A stretch of DNA of 63,178 bases from Octopus bimaculoides (Eukaryota), in assembly GCF_001194135.2 (NCBI RefSeq), contig NC_068998.1, positions 43,320,054 through 43,383,231 on the forward strand. The letters are read 5' to 3'. The notes under the pieces were generated by a model. The model did no database searches. It had not been told where the DNA came from and saw only the letters and a program-made list of their open reading frames with translations. Shown here piece by piece: positions 1-11,490 of the stretch. The translations under genes and the position numbers were made by a program. Position 1 is the stretch's first letter; each line of letters opens with the position of its first letter.

Positions 1-30
1 ATATATATATATATAGATACATATGTATAT

Positions 31-69
<39 letters not shown>

Positions 70-90
70 AACACATACATATAGACATAC

Positions 91-141
<51 letters not shown>

Positions 142-166
142 CCAGTGCCTACATATGTACATATAT

Positions 167-198
<32 letters not shown>

Positions 199-385
199 GT
201 ATACATATATATATATATGTATATGGTGTGATTATATACTTTGGTTGCTTAGTATTTGTGTATTTGTATAAGTGGTCACATACGTAACTATATCTGAAGA
301 CTCAACACACACACACACACCCTCTCACTCTCTCTCACTCTCTCTCTCTCTCTCTCTCTATCTATCTCTCTCTTTCTCTATCTCT
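1..385. repeat. Compound (TA)n/(CA)n/(CT)n microsatellite
   Basis: Direct reading of dinucleotide runs. Confidence 0.95.
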
Positions 386-679
386 CATAAACACACGCAT
401 TTGTTTAAAACCTAGAATTTAGAATATGATGATAGCCAAGATAAAAGAAATATATGAATAGTGTCTATACGCTATAAATTTGGATTGCTTATGCATAATT
501 TGTATCCGTTTTTCTGATATTTGATTTAGTAAAGCTCCAATTTGTTTAGGTCTGAAATTTTCAAACTGTTGCACATCAAAATGCAACAATACATTCATTC
601 ATACAAGCACACACAAATGCACATATGCATATGTCTATCACTCAGCCCACTCTTATTCTTGCTGTTGTTGCTATTGTTG

Positions 680-977
680 TTGTAGTTGATAGTCTCTTAG
701 GTCCAAGTTAAATGAATCTTCGATTTCTTGCTGAAGAGCCAACACAGTTGATCTGTTTAAAGTGATCAGATGTTTGCGCTGTACCTGAGCTTATTCTCTC
801 CCACGGATCGCTAATTCCTGTACAGACACGTAATGTGTCATACATCTTATGTCAAAGTGATCATAGAGCCACATGAAATGAAGCATTTTGCTTAAGAGCA
901 CAATGCACTGCCCACTACAGGAATTAAAACCACAATCTTGTGATTACGATCACACCACCGTAACCACTATACCATGC
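680..977 (-). mobile_element. Degenerate tRNA-derived SINE
   Basis: Minus strand starts gcatggtatagtggtt (A-box-like) ... gttttaattcc (B-box-like), then tgtgctcttaagcaaaatgcttcatttc, resembling other SINE bodies in the window. Confidence 0.55.
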
Positions 978-1203
978 TATCCACTGGTAAAGACTCCCGC
1001 TTACTTTCTATTTTTCTATGAAAATCCTCATCTCATGTCCTCTCCTGCTGCAGCCAAAACTGCAAGGATAATCTGGATCTTGACTGAAGAAAGAAAACAC
1101 CGAATGACCTGTCTGTGCTTTCTTTGTATTATTTATCTGGATGTTTTGTCCCTTTCTTGGATCACCTAACTGTCTGGATGTCTTGTGTTCTTGTCCCATT
1201 CTG

Positions 1204-1247
<44 letters not shown>

Positions 1248-1251
<4 letters not shown>

Positions 1252-1632
1252 AAATGGGAGGTGTTTGTGGACAAGCCATTGCCTGAAAGCATCATTGTGT
1301 CAGCACTTTGGCCTGACCTGGTGTTGGTAGATGAGGGTCAGAGACGTGTGGTCCATGGGGAGGAGAGTATTGCTGAGGCCCATGAGCGGAAGCTGTTGGG
1401 CTATGAAGAGCTGGTAGCTGAGATTTGGGAGAAAGGTTACATCTGTGAGCTGGTTGCATTCAAGTTATGCTGCAGGGGTTTCCCAGCAGCTTCTTTCAGT
1501 AGGTTTCTGAAGTTGCCTGGTGTATCTGCTGTGAGGAAGACCATCAAGGAATGTGGGGAGAAAGCAGTTGGAGGTAGTGCTTGGATTATCAGGAGGTTTG
1601 TGAATGCGTATAAGGCCACAACACTGTCATGA
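1248..1632 (+). mobile_element. 5'-truncated HERO/NeSL-like non-LTR retrotransposon remnant (restriction-like endonuclease C-terminus)
   Basis: Translation WEVFVDKPLPESIIVSALWPDLVLVD..EESIAEAHERKLLGYEELV..CCRGF..GSAWI matches the PD..D / EEAHERK..KY / GCRGF pattern of RLE-type LINEs; the usual ELTVPW motif is missing, so it is decayed. Confidence 0.78.
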
Positions 1633-1657
1633 GTCCAGTTGCAATGCAATATGTCCA

Positions 1658-1730
1658 GCTGCTGAAGGCCCACCGTGTGGAGAGATACTGAGCTTAATGG
1701 GCCGAAATCTTGTTGAAGTACAGCACTCAG
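1658..1730 (+). ncRNA. Degenerate type I hammerhead-like ribozyme fold
   Basis: Stem I gctg/cagc (1658-61/1721-24), core ctgaagg (1662-68), stem II ggccca/tgggcc, GAAA (1704-07), stem III ctt/aag, UA site (1719-20), possible pseudoknot ctgag (1688-92)/ctcag (1726-30). Confidence 0.5.
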
Positions 1731-2984
1731 CTGATGACTGCCACCAGACGAGAAATAGAGCACTTGGTGTTTCCTTCTATATACATATATATATATAGAT
1801 ACACTGGACCTATTGTACCCAGTACATTTTACCTACACCATCCTCTTTTGTAGTACCTATCATCAACCCATTCATTCTGCTGGTCATTATGTCCTTATTC
1901 CTCTCACCCACACAGTCTTGTTGCAGACAACTTCTCTTTCATCATTTCAAAGTCAATAAAAGAAGTACCCATCTAGTATTGGAATTAATTTAATCCACTA
2001 TGACCACCTACCAAAAGTTTTTTGCCCTTGTTCTTGGTTTTGAATCAGTAAGTTCCCTTGGCTGACCCTGGATCACATTTTCAAACTATTGTGGAATTTT
2101 GCTATTAGAATTTTCTTGTTAATTTCATTCTTGTAATATCCAAGGGATATTAATCAATCAAATGTATTTGTTCTGCAAACTTTTCCTAGTTTTGTCTGCT
2201 CAAAGGGAATAGTTTCCCTGTGCTTCCAGTGCTGGAAGCAATAAAATACCAACTTATTGAACTTCTTTTCTACAAACTTGTGCATCTACACACTAGGTGT
2301 CAAATGTCTTGATACATTGCCCCATTAATACATCGCCAACAGATACATCACCGCATTGTGTAATAGGAAGCAAATAATTGGTCCTTCAGTCAAAAGTCTG
2401 ACAATGTTATCAACTCAGCCAAAGATAACATTAACTATTTGCAATAAAGCCCATCTAAACTCTGAATCACATTCCTCAGACTCGTTCCATTATATTTTAT
2501 CATATATATCTACTGTTAAACCAGTGAATAAATCAATCTTAGTGTCTCAATATATTCATATTTGTATTCTCATTCCTTTACCATAAATATTATTCACTAT
2601 TTTATCAAACAAAAATTTATCATTGCCACTAGAGTTTATATTCCATTCACGCTTTCTGGCCATAAATTCTTGAAAAATTGATGAACAAATAAAGATATAT
2701 GGTAATCTCATTTGTTGATTTTTCTGTTTTGTTTTGTTAGTTTATAAATTTTTTTTTTGGTATCTATTATCTAAAGTTCATTTTGAAATTCAATAATCAG
2801 AATGAACAATATGAAAAGGTCTGTAGTTGGCACTTAACTGTTGTCTGTCTGTTCTATCCATACTTAAATATTGTCAGAATCATTGTGGTTGTGACCATTC
2901 TGGGGCAATGTTGTACCCACAGGAAAGATACTCTAGTTGATCAAATAGCTTTAGACATAGGTCAGCCCTGATCAAGTAGATGTA

Positions 2985-3111
2985 CAGGGTGTCCACAAAG
3001 TCTGGGTACATGGGGATTAACACATACTTTAAGAAATTATTATTTCTTATATTTAATTGTTTATGTTATGATTTTATTTACTCCATGTACCCAGACCTTG
3101 TGAACACTCTT
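2985..3111. mobile_element. Tc1/mariner-type MITE
   Basis: ~28-bp TIRs cagggtgtccacaaagtctgggtacatgg / ccatgtacccagaccttgtgaacactctt, TA on both sides, inserted into another repeat. Confidence 0.85.
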
Positions 3112-3989
3112 TATATGATCAAAGATGTTTCATGCTAACTAAAATATGTGGAAAAACAAAGATAATCATTTCAGGTAACATTTGATAGCTAAAGAAATGA
3201 ATTGAGACTACCTGCTTTAGATTTGAACACTAGGTCATCGAGTTGGCAACTATAATATATTGATCCAATCATTTTGCTTCTATACACAACAAAAATAGGT
3301 GATAAACGCCAGTCCAATACTTTGTTAGATCCGTTGTGTACATACCATAAATGTGTGTTTGAGTAGGCCCAATCAGATATGTACACTAAAAGCAATAACA
3401 GCAGCTATTGATTTTTCTCTTAGGACTTATAAATGCTCGTTAAAAATCTTCATCTAATTAGCACAATGCCTTATTACCAGAATTATTGCCTTCTGATTAG
3501 TTACTTCAATTAGCTGTATGCATATCTTGTGAGAAAAATGAAGCAGCAATGAAGTAGTATACAGGTTTCACACATCAACTTGGACAGGTTGTATGTGTAC
3601 CTGCAACAACCAATCATCAATCAACAGATAATAAATTATATGAATATTACACTCTGCATCCATTGGCATACCTATCTCACTTTGGCCTTTATTACTCTCA
3701 AAGTTTCTTCTTTGTACAATATCCATTTCAAGCATCCATTTCGTGTATATATGTATACACACACATAAACATATACATGTGTATGTATACACACACAAAT
3801 ATACATGCACACACACTTATGCACACAAAATTATACTAAGTTACTAATTATACTAATCATAAGTTACTGACTCAAATTGCTAAGTAACTCAAGAGCCAAG
3901 AGGTTTATGCATAGCACTTACTAAATTCTGTAACTTTTGCTGACTAAAGCAATTTATTATGTTTGCTGGAACTGAAAGAAGGAGCAACA

Positions 3990-4420
3990 CCCATAAGCTT
4001 TGCAGCCCCATGGTGTAACTGATGCTGTTAATGCCCCTCTTAACCATTGTAAGTCAACAACTGAGGATAAGATATGAGCAGATAGGGAATCCCAAAGGGC
4101 CAATGTTCTGGGAAGAAAAGAAGAACTGAATGTAGAGATTGTGTGAGGGCTGGAGGGTTGGATGCAGCAAGGGTGATGTGAGGAGGAGAGATGCATTGGT
4201 TGGGAATACCTTAGTGGAGATGGCATCAGTCCCACTAAATCCAAGGAGCCAAGGCCATTATGATACTCGTAGAAAAGAAAGAGAGAAAAAACTATATTTA
4301 AGTCAGAGGTTTGATTGCTGTTGTGAATGGCTTTAATAATCAGTAGGGTGGTATGATATTTTTTCCTGAATAAGGAGCAGGACGTCTGCCTTTGCAGTAA
4401 TAACATTGTCTCAGATGGGG
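3990..4420 (-). mobile_element. CR1/L2/Jockey-group LINE 3' remnant
   Basis: Translation LFYEYHNG..HPCCIQPSSPHTISTFSSSFLPRTLALWDSL..DLQWLR resembles the terminal SSFFPRT..LWNSLP motif of these ORF2 proteins. Confidence 0.68.
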
Positions 4421-4478
4421 AAAACAATACTCACCTAGATTTATAGTGTGTCAAATATTGTTGTGGGCTGATATATAG

Positions 4479-4572
4479 CTTCTGGCCCTGACGAGAAAGG
4501 TAAATCATTGGGATAGTCCTAGCTATGATCAAAATGTGCTGTTACCAGAAGAGCTCAACAATGCTCTTCTGG
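4479..4572 (+). ncRNA. Highly degenerate hammerhead-like motif with competing hairpin
   Basis: cttctgg/ccagaag stem, CTGACGA at 4488-94, atcat/atgat stem, caaaa where cGAAA is expected; 10-bp hairpin ccagaagagc/gctcttctgg. Confidence 0.3.
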
Positions 4573-4619
4573 AGGGGTCAAGCTGAATGCTGACTGTGAT
4601 TAAATGGTGTGTGATATCA

Positions 4620-4790
4620 TCATCATCATAATTATTAATTACTGTCTATTTTCCATCTTGGCATGAGTTGGTTGGTTCGACAGGGGCTAGCTAGGCAGAA
4701 GACTGTACCAGGCTTCACTGTCTGTTTTGGGAGGGTTATTATGGCTGGATGCCTTTCCTAACACCAGACACCTTACAGAGTGGACTATGA
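4620..4790 (-). mobile_element. Family B SINE fragment ((GAT)n tail)
   Basis: Degenerate match to the ttccatgctggcatgggttgg...ggatgcccttcctaa segment shared by all B copies. Confidence 0.6.
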
Positions 4791-5147
4791 TGATGTCTCC
4801 CAAAACATAACAAGCAAATATATTACTAACAATAGTGTTTCTTTCTCATCACAATGGTTTATTAATGAAGCATTGTACCAGGTCTATTGATATCCACTGC
4901 ACCTCTCAATTTATCCTTATGAGTTGTCTGCCCTTACTCCCTTTCCCTCTTCCTCAGATAATTAAGCTATTGATATTTATTATTCTCTTTCTATTGTCAT
5001 CACGACTAGACTACTACACATTGTTTGTGCCATCCCTTGTCAGCTAATATGATTTTCTCTAATGCTAGTCATCACTTTCTTACTCCCTCATTCCCAAGTC
5101 ACTCAATGTGGACATCCACTTTTCAAGACAACAAAATTATGCCAGTG

Positions 5148-5251
5148 ACCCTGTGTGTGTGTGTGAGACCCTGTGTGTGTGAGACCCTGTGTGTGTGAGA
5201 CTCTGTGTGTGTGAGACTCTGTGTGTGTGAGACCCTGTGTGTGTGAGACCC

Positions 5252-5278
<27 letters not shown>
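5148..5278. repeat. 16-bp minisatellite (GACCCTGTGTGTGTGA)n grading into (TG)n
   Basis: About 7 tandem units read directly. Confidence 0.9.
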
Positions 5279-5283
<5 letters not shown>

Positions 5284-5490
5284 GAAAATAAGCTAAGAGA
5301 AATAGTTTGTGCCTGTGGCCTGAATTAGAACAACAAAGCCTAATTAATTACCATACTAATTATCCTGCAAAATAATTTCCTGATTTATTGGTTTAAGGGT
5401 GGGGGGTGGGGGGCAATGTGATTGTCATCCCTCAGAACTGCTGGCCTTGTGCCAAAATTAGAGAAATTATTATTGTTATTATTGCCTATT

Positions 5491-6127
5491 AGGTATCAAG
5501 CTGGCAGAACCACAGAACCATTAGCAAGCCAGACAAAATGCTTAGCTGCATTTCATCCATTGCTGAGGTTGACTTTGCCTTTCATCCTAAAATAAATACC
5601 AGTCATGTACTGGGGTCAATGCAATTTACTTAACCCCCCTCTTCAAAATCTGCTGGCCCTTTGCCAAAATTTTAAAACCATTTTTATTTAAGATGGCGAG
5701 CTGGCAGAATGTTTAGCATGCTGGGAGAAATACTTAGCAGCATTTCATCTGTCTTTATGTTCAGAGTTCAAATTCAACTGGGGTCAATTTTGCCTTTTAA
5801 CCTTCAGGGGTCAATAAAATGATTATTGGTGGAGTACTGAGGTCGATGTGGTCGACTGTCTTCCTCCCCACAAAATCCAGGCCTTGTGCCTATAGTAGAA
5901 AGAATTGTAAACTTTATTATTATTATTATTATTAGGGAGGTGAGCTGGCAGAATTAGTGGTATTTCATCTGTTTTTTCGTCCCGAGTTCAAATTCCGCCT
6001 AGGTCAACTTTGCCTTTCATCCTTCTGCAGTCAATAAATTAAGTACCAGCTGCATACTGGAGGTCAACCTAATTGACTGGCTTCCTCCCGCAAAAGTTTC
6101 AGGGCCTTATGCCTGTAGTAGAAAGGC
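5491..6127 (+). mobile_element. Three head-to-tail family A tRNA-SINEs (Meta-domain-like core)
   Basis: Repeated gagctggcagaat head, gagttcaaattc B-box, gactttgcctttcatcc..gtcaataaaa.aagtaccag core, ggccttgtgcc tail, separated by (ATT)n. Confidence 0.85.
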
Positions 6128-6134
6128 TGATTCA

Positions 6135-6492
6135 TCATCATCATCATCATCATCATCATTTAACGTCAGTTTTCCATGCTGGCATGGGTTGGACGGTTTT
6201 GACTGAGGTCTGAAGAACCAGCAGCTGCACCAGGCTCCAATCTGATCCGGCAAGGTTTGTACAGCTGGATGTCCTTCCTAATGCCAACCCCTCTGAGAGT
6301 GTAGTGGGTGCTTGTTACCTGCCACCAGCACAGGAGCCAGCCAGGCGGGCCTAGCATCAATCACGTTCGGATGGTGCTTTTTATGTGCCACCGGCACAAG
6401 AGCCAGTCAGCAGGTACTGGCATCGGCCATGATTTGTTGGTGCTTTTTACATGTCACCAGCACGGGAGCCAGTCAGGTGTCACTGGCCACAG
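6135..6492 (-). mobile_element. Family B SINE with internal ~66-bp tandem units
   Basis: (CAT)n + ttaacgtcagttttccatgctggcatggg; three ggtgcttttt..tgccaccggcac..gagccagtcagg units. Confidence 0.85.
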
Positions 6493-6493
6493 C

Positions 6494-6536
<43 letters not shown>

Positions 6537-7193
6537 GTTGTTCTTGTTGTTGTTGTTATTGCCTATATAAGTTTTTGGTTCATGAAGCACATCTCAGCAT
6601 TTTGCTTAAAAGCATGTCTTGTTCCTTGCAATAGTTAGTTTCAAATGATATTGATCAAATATTTAGTGGAGCACTGTCATAGTTAGAATTATTGATAGAA
6701 TTACAAGTAAACAAACACCCACCAGTGTTTAAGACGCTTATTATATAGTAGTTCCACATGTTGGTTCTTCACCTTATTAGTGTTGTTGTTATTGTTGTTG
6801 TTGCTGTTTTATCTTTCTCTAATTGTGATAAGGTATTCCTCAACCCTCACCACTCTCTTTCTTTACCTATCGTTCTATTTGCTGAATGATAGGTAAAAAA
6901 AAGAAGAAAGAAAAAAGAAAAGGCAAGCAAAAAAACCCCCTAGAACAATACAAACGTAAAGCAACAACAAAAACACTCTCTGACTCCGATGAGCATCAAA
7001 TGACAGACAGACATAAAAGAATTACTTAAAAAAGAAGAGGTGACTGCTGGAAAAGAACAAGCAGTTTGTTCTTATTTCTTTTTAATGTCATTTCTCCACC
7101 ACCACCACCACCACCTCTCTCAACGTCTCTCCTTTATTTTCTCTTTCTCCCTTGCGTTATATTCCTACTTCAGTCTATGTATGTCTCATTCAT

Positions 7194-7230
<37 letters not shown>

Positions 7231-7481
7231 GTGTGTGTGTGTGTATAAACACATGTATTCTCTCCAAACACACTCTAAAGACACCTATTGTCATGGCGCT
7301 TATTATTCATGGCTGTCTACAGAAGCTAAATGAAAAGATGACATCGTAACATAATGTAATCTCGTATCTGTCACACTCATTCTTTCTTCATCCTAGTCTC
7401 TTTATTTCTACCATCTTTCATACATGCATGCACACACACACACATGTATATGTATATACATACACATACACACACACACAC

Positions 7482-7552
<71 letters not shown>

Positions 7553-8094
7553 TACACATACATATACATACTCTCTCTCTCCTTCTCTCTGGTGTCAGTA
7601 ACAGTGGCTGTTGCTTATTTAGTTTTGCTTCAGAAAAGGATGACTCTCTATGTTGGTGGAGCCAGTGAACAATATTTTCTTCTATAGTTTTAGCTTCATT
7701 GTTTAAAGCTTTTCTAGCTGTTATTCGTCCAATTTAATGTGGTAATAAAATTAAGCAATCTCCTTCACGTATATCCTTAATCCATAATTTTCACTCATAC
7801 TAATATCAGGTAAATAACATCATGCTCAATGGTGACTGCCAGTGGTTCAGTTCCATACCCCCGTTCATCTTTAACATTTCTTGCAATAGATAGTTGCCAT
7901 TGAGCATCATGTTAAATTTGAGTAAACCTATGAGAAATGGCAACTCCAGGGCTAGATTAAAACCCATACAGGTCCAAGCGCTTAAAGGATTTTGGAACAC
8001 CCATCAATACATAATTAAAACTATGAGCATAATAGACCATAAAATAAATTTTTATTTTTTAAAATGAAACAAAACAGTAAGATGGAAAATAATG

Positions 8095-8365
8095 CTCTTT
8101 TACTTGTTTCACTCATTTGACTGCGGCCATGCTGGAGCACCGCCTTTAGTCGAGCAAAGCGACCCCAGGGCTTATTCTTTGTAAGCCTAGTACTTATTCT
8201 ATCGGTCTCTTTTCGCCGAACCGCTAAGTTACGGGTACGTAAACACACCAGCATCGGTTGTCAAGCGATGGTTGGGGGACAAACACAGACACACAAACAT
8301 ATATATATGTATACATATATACGATGTGGTTGGTAAGCAAGCTACTTACCACACAGCTATGCACA
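8095..8365 (-). mobile_element. Family C tRNA-SINE
   Basis: catttgactgcggccatgctggagcaccgcctttagtcga...ccgctaagttacgg...agctacttaccacacagc, shared with more than 10 copies. Confidence 0.85.
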
Positions 8366-8712
8366 TTTTTTTCCAGAAAATAGGACGTTTTATGAGGAAT
8401 TGGCTGCTATTTCTAGCATTGAACAAATATGCAGCAATGCTTTTATTGGGTTGTTCTTCTGATATTGATGTGAAGGAGTGAGGTGTGCGAAAGAGTCAAT
8501 GGAAAAAAAGTACCAAAGTTCATTCACTTATCGATAGTCTTCTATTGTAATTAAGAAAGTGGTTTAGCACCCAGTCAGAATCAATCTATATTATTGATGA
8601 AGTTATTAATCAACCTATCTTTTTTAACTAATTATTGTTTTGATTTTGTTTCATTAATGGTATTGAGAGAAAGAACCCAGAAAAGAGTATATTATTATTT
8701 GATTATATAATA

Positions 8713-8840
8713 TATAATCCTTCCTATTATAAGCACAAGGCCTGAAATTTTGTAGGAGGGTGGACTAGTTGATCACATCAACCCCAGTACCCAACTGGTA
8801 CTTGTTTTATCAACTTCGAAAGGATGAAAACCAAAGTTAA
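8713..8840 (-). mobile_element. Family A SINE, 5'-truncated
   Basis: caaggcctgaaattt..accccagta..ctggtactt..aaggatgaaa core in reverse. Confidence 0.75.
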
Positions 8841-8849
8841 TGATGATGA

Positions 8850-9172
8850 TCATCATCATCGTTTAACGTCCGCTTTCCATGCTAGCATGGGTTGGACGAT
8901 TTGATTGAGGACTGGTGAAATTGGATGGCAACACCAGGCTCCAATCTAATTTGGCAGAGTTTCTACAGCTGGATGCCCTTCCTAGCGCCAACCACTCAGA
9001 GAGTGTAGTGGGTGCTTTTACGTGTCACCCACATGAAAACGGCCACGCTCAAAATGGTATCTTTTGTGTGCCACCCGCACAAGAGCCAGTCCAGGGGCAC
9101 TGGCAACGATCTCACTTGGCTTGCCGGGTCTTCTCACGCACAGCACATTTCCAAAGGTCTCGGTCAGTTCGC
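8850..9172 (-). mobile_element. Family B SINE
   Basis: catcatcgtttaacgtccgctttccatgctagcatgggttggacg, near-identical to copies at 32590 and 59010. Confidence 0.88.
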
Positions 9173-9270
9173 AGTTGAATTTGACTTTGACTTCCATCCA
9201 TTATAATATACACAGTGGAGTTTATTATTTTGGATGATGGAAGGAATATAAAATTTAGTGCCTCATGAAA

Positions 9271-9571
9271 TACCCCATGCCAGTGCCTCGTAAAAGCACC
9301 CAAGCTGGTGCCATGTATAAATTATTCATGACGGTGCCACATAACAGCACTGGTGGTTTTGCAATGTTAAAAGCAACTAGTACACTCTGTAAAGTAGTTG
9401 GCATTAAGAAGGGCATCCAGTTGTAGAAACCAAGCCAAAGCATACTGTGGAACTTAGTATGGGCCCTGGTCTTGCCAGCTCCTGTCAAGCCATCCAACCC
9501 ATGCCGGCAAGGAAAACAGACATTAAACGATGATAGTGATGATGATGGTGATGGTGATGATGATGATGATG
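9271..9571 (+). mobile_element. Family B SINE
   Basis: aagggcatccagttgtagaaac..ccaacccatgcc..gacattaaacgatgat tail. Confidence 0.8.
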
Positions 9572-9724
9572 AAGTAGAAAGTTTGAAATGATTGACTGTT
9601 TTATCCCTCGAAATGTGTAGCATGACAGTTAACAACATATTTTAAGAAAATATCCAAATTTCCAACAAATATTTCCTCTTCTGCCTATTGTAGCCTTTAG
9701 ACATAATAGAAATATTATTCATAA

Positions 9725-9862
9725 GAGAAATATTGACCAGTACCTCTAATAAAAACTCCAAATAAGTACCGATTATGCACTGGGGTCGATGTAATTAACT
9801 TAATCTCGTCCCCCAAATTTGAGACCTTGTGCTTCCAGTAGAAAGAATTATCATCATCATCA

Positions 9863-9899
<37 letters not shown>

Positions 9900-10280
9900 C
9901 ATCATTACGCTGAGAAAAATGCTTAGCAGCATTTTGTCTGCCTTTATGTTCTGAGTTCAAATTCTGCTGAGGTCAGCTATGCCTCTCATCCTTTCAGGGT
10001 CAATCAAGTAAGTTGGGTTGACGTAATAGACTAGCCCCTCTTAAAAATTTCAGGTCTTGTGCCTATAGCAGAAAGGATTAGTATTATAATTATCATTATT
10101 AATATTATTATTTTTTTTATTATGGTTGTTGGAATTTAGCCCTGTATTCTGAGTTCAAGTTCTGCTGAGGCCAACATTGCCTGTAATACTTTCAGAGATG
10201 ATAAAATAAGTACCAGTTGAGCACTGAGGTCGATATGATTTACAAACCCTCATCCCAAAATCACTGGCTTTGTGCCAAAA
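9725..10280 (+). mobile_element. Cluster of three family A SINE fragments
   Basis: Repeated gagttcaa(a/g)ttctgctgagg and aagtaccag cores separated by (ATT)n/(CAT)n. Confidence 0.78.
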
Positions 10281-10286
10281 TTATTA

Positions 10287-10322
<36 letters not shown>

Positions 10323-11010
10323 TATTATTATTATTAGTGTTGTTGTTGTTGTTACGAATGATATAATGATATAGGAGCCAAATGATTGTCAGAGGAAGTG
10401 ATAAAATTGACTGCTCATCTTCCTGNNNNNNNNNNCAAAAGTTAGAAATTCTTATTCTCCTCCTTCTCCTCCTCTTCCTTCTTCTTCTTCTTCTTCTTCT
10501 TCTTCTTCTTCTCATTATTATTATTATTGTTTGTCTTACATTCTCTGACTGTGAGACAATAATTGTTACTATTCATACCAAAGTGAAACTGAAAGTCTCT
10601 CAAATATTGCAAAGCACCCAGCACACATATATCATTCTAATAAGCAATCATCTCTATCAGTCTGTCACTCTCTCCTCCACCCTCTCTCTCTCCCCTCTCT
10701 CTTTTTCTCTTAATTTTTCTTCTTCTTTACTTAAGAGATTTCTGCTAAATTCTGTGGTACATTACTACTTGCCACAATTCCTTATTTCTTTTTTTCTTTT
10801 TCATTTTCGTATAGCTTTTTTTTTGTTTTCTACAAGAAAGCTATACACTCACTCTTTACAATACAATTTCTTGACTCTCATTTTTTTTTTTCTTTTCTTT
10901 CCATCCTTCTCATTTTTCCTCATCTTGTGTATTTTTTGACACTTGCTACTTTTCATTGCTACTATCCCCCCTCATTAGACAAATGTAAATGTATTTCGTT
11001 ATTTCGTAAA

Positions 11011-11189
11011 CTAATTGCATCTTGCACAAAAAGTCTCATTCATACAAGCTTGCCAGACTGCTGCATGTGCTGCTGCAGATACTGATGCTGCTGATGCTAC
11101 CGAAAGTGATGCAGCTGCTGCTTGCATCGCTGCTGCTTGCATCGCTGCTGCTTGCATCGCTGCTGCTTGCATCACTGCTGCTTCACTTT
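11011..11189 (-). CDS. Candidate terminal coding exon (SEAAV-MQAAAx4-ASLSVASAASVSAAAHAAVWQACMNETFCARCN*), host gene unknown
   Basis: Acceptor ttatcttgcacAG at 11191-11190, phase 1; open Ala-rich frame with elevated GC; TAG at 11013-11011; followed by A-rich UTR-like sequence. Confidence 0.5.
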
Positions 11190-11239
11190 CTGTGCAAGAT
11201 AACTTTGGAAAACAAATGTAGTTCATACTTATTCTTTTG

Positions 11240-11490
11240 TTCTTTTACTTATTTCGGTCATTTGACTGTTGCCATGCTGGGGCATCGCCTTGAATGGTTT
11301 TAGGTGAAGAAATTGACCCAGGACTTAGTTGTTTTTTTTTAAGCCTAGTACTTATTCCATTGGTTCCTTTTGCTGAACCGTTAAGTTATGGAAACAAAAA
11401 CTCACCAACACCTGTTGTCAAGCAATGGTGATGGGGTGTGGACAAACAAACACACAAAAGCACACATGCATACATACACACACACACACT
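11240..11490 (-). mobile_element. Family C SINE, 3' half
   Basis: catttgactgttgccatgctggggcatcgcc..aagcctagtacttattc..ctgaaccgttaagtta. Confidence 0.8.

Noticed and set aside
3163-3181. AG|GTAAC ratchet-like site
   Set aside because: Lacks a pyrimidine tract and lies within a dispersed repeat.
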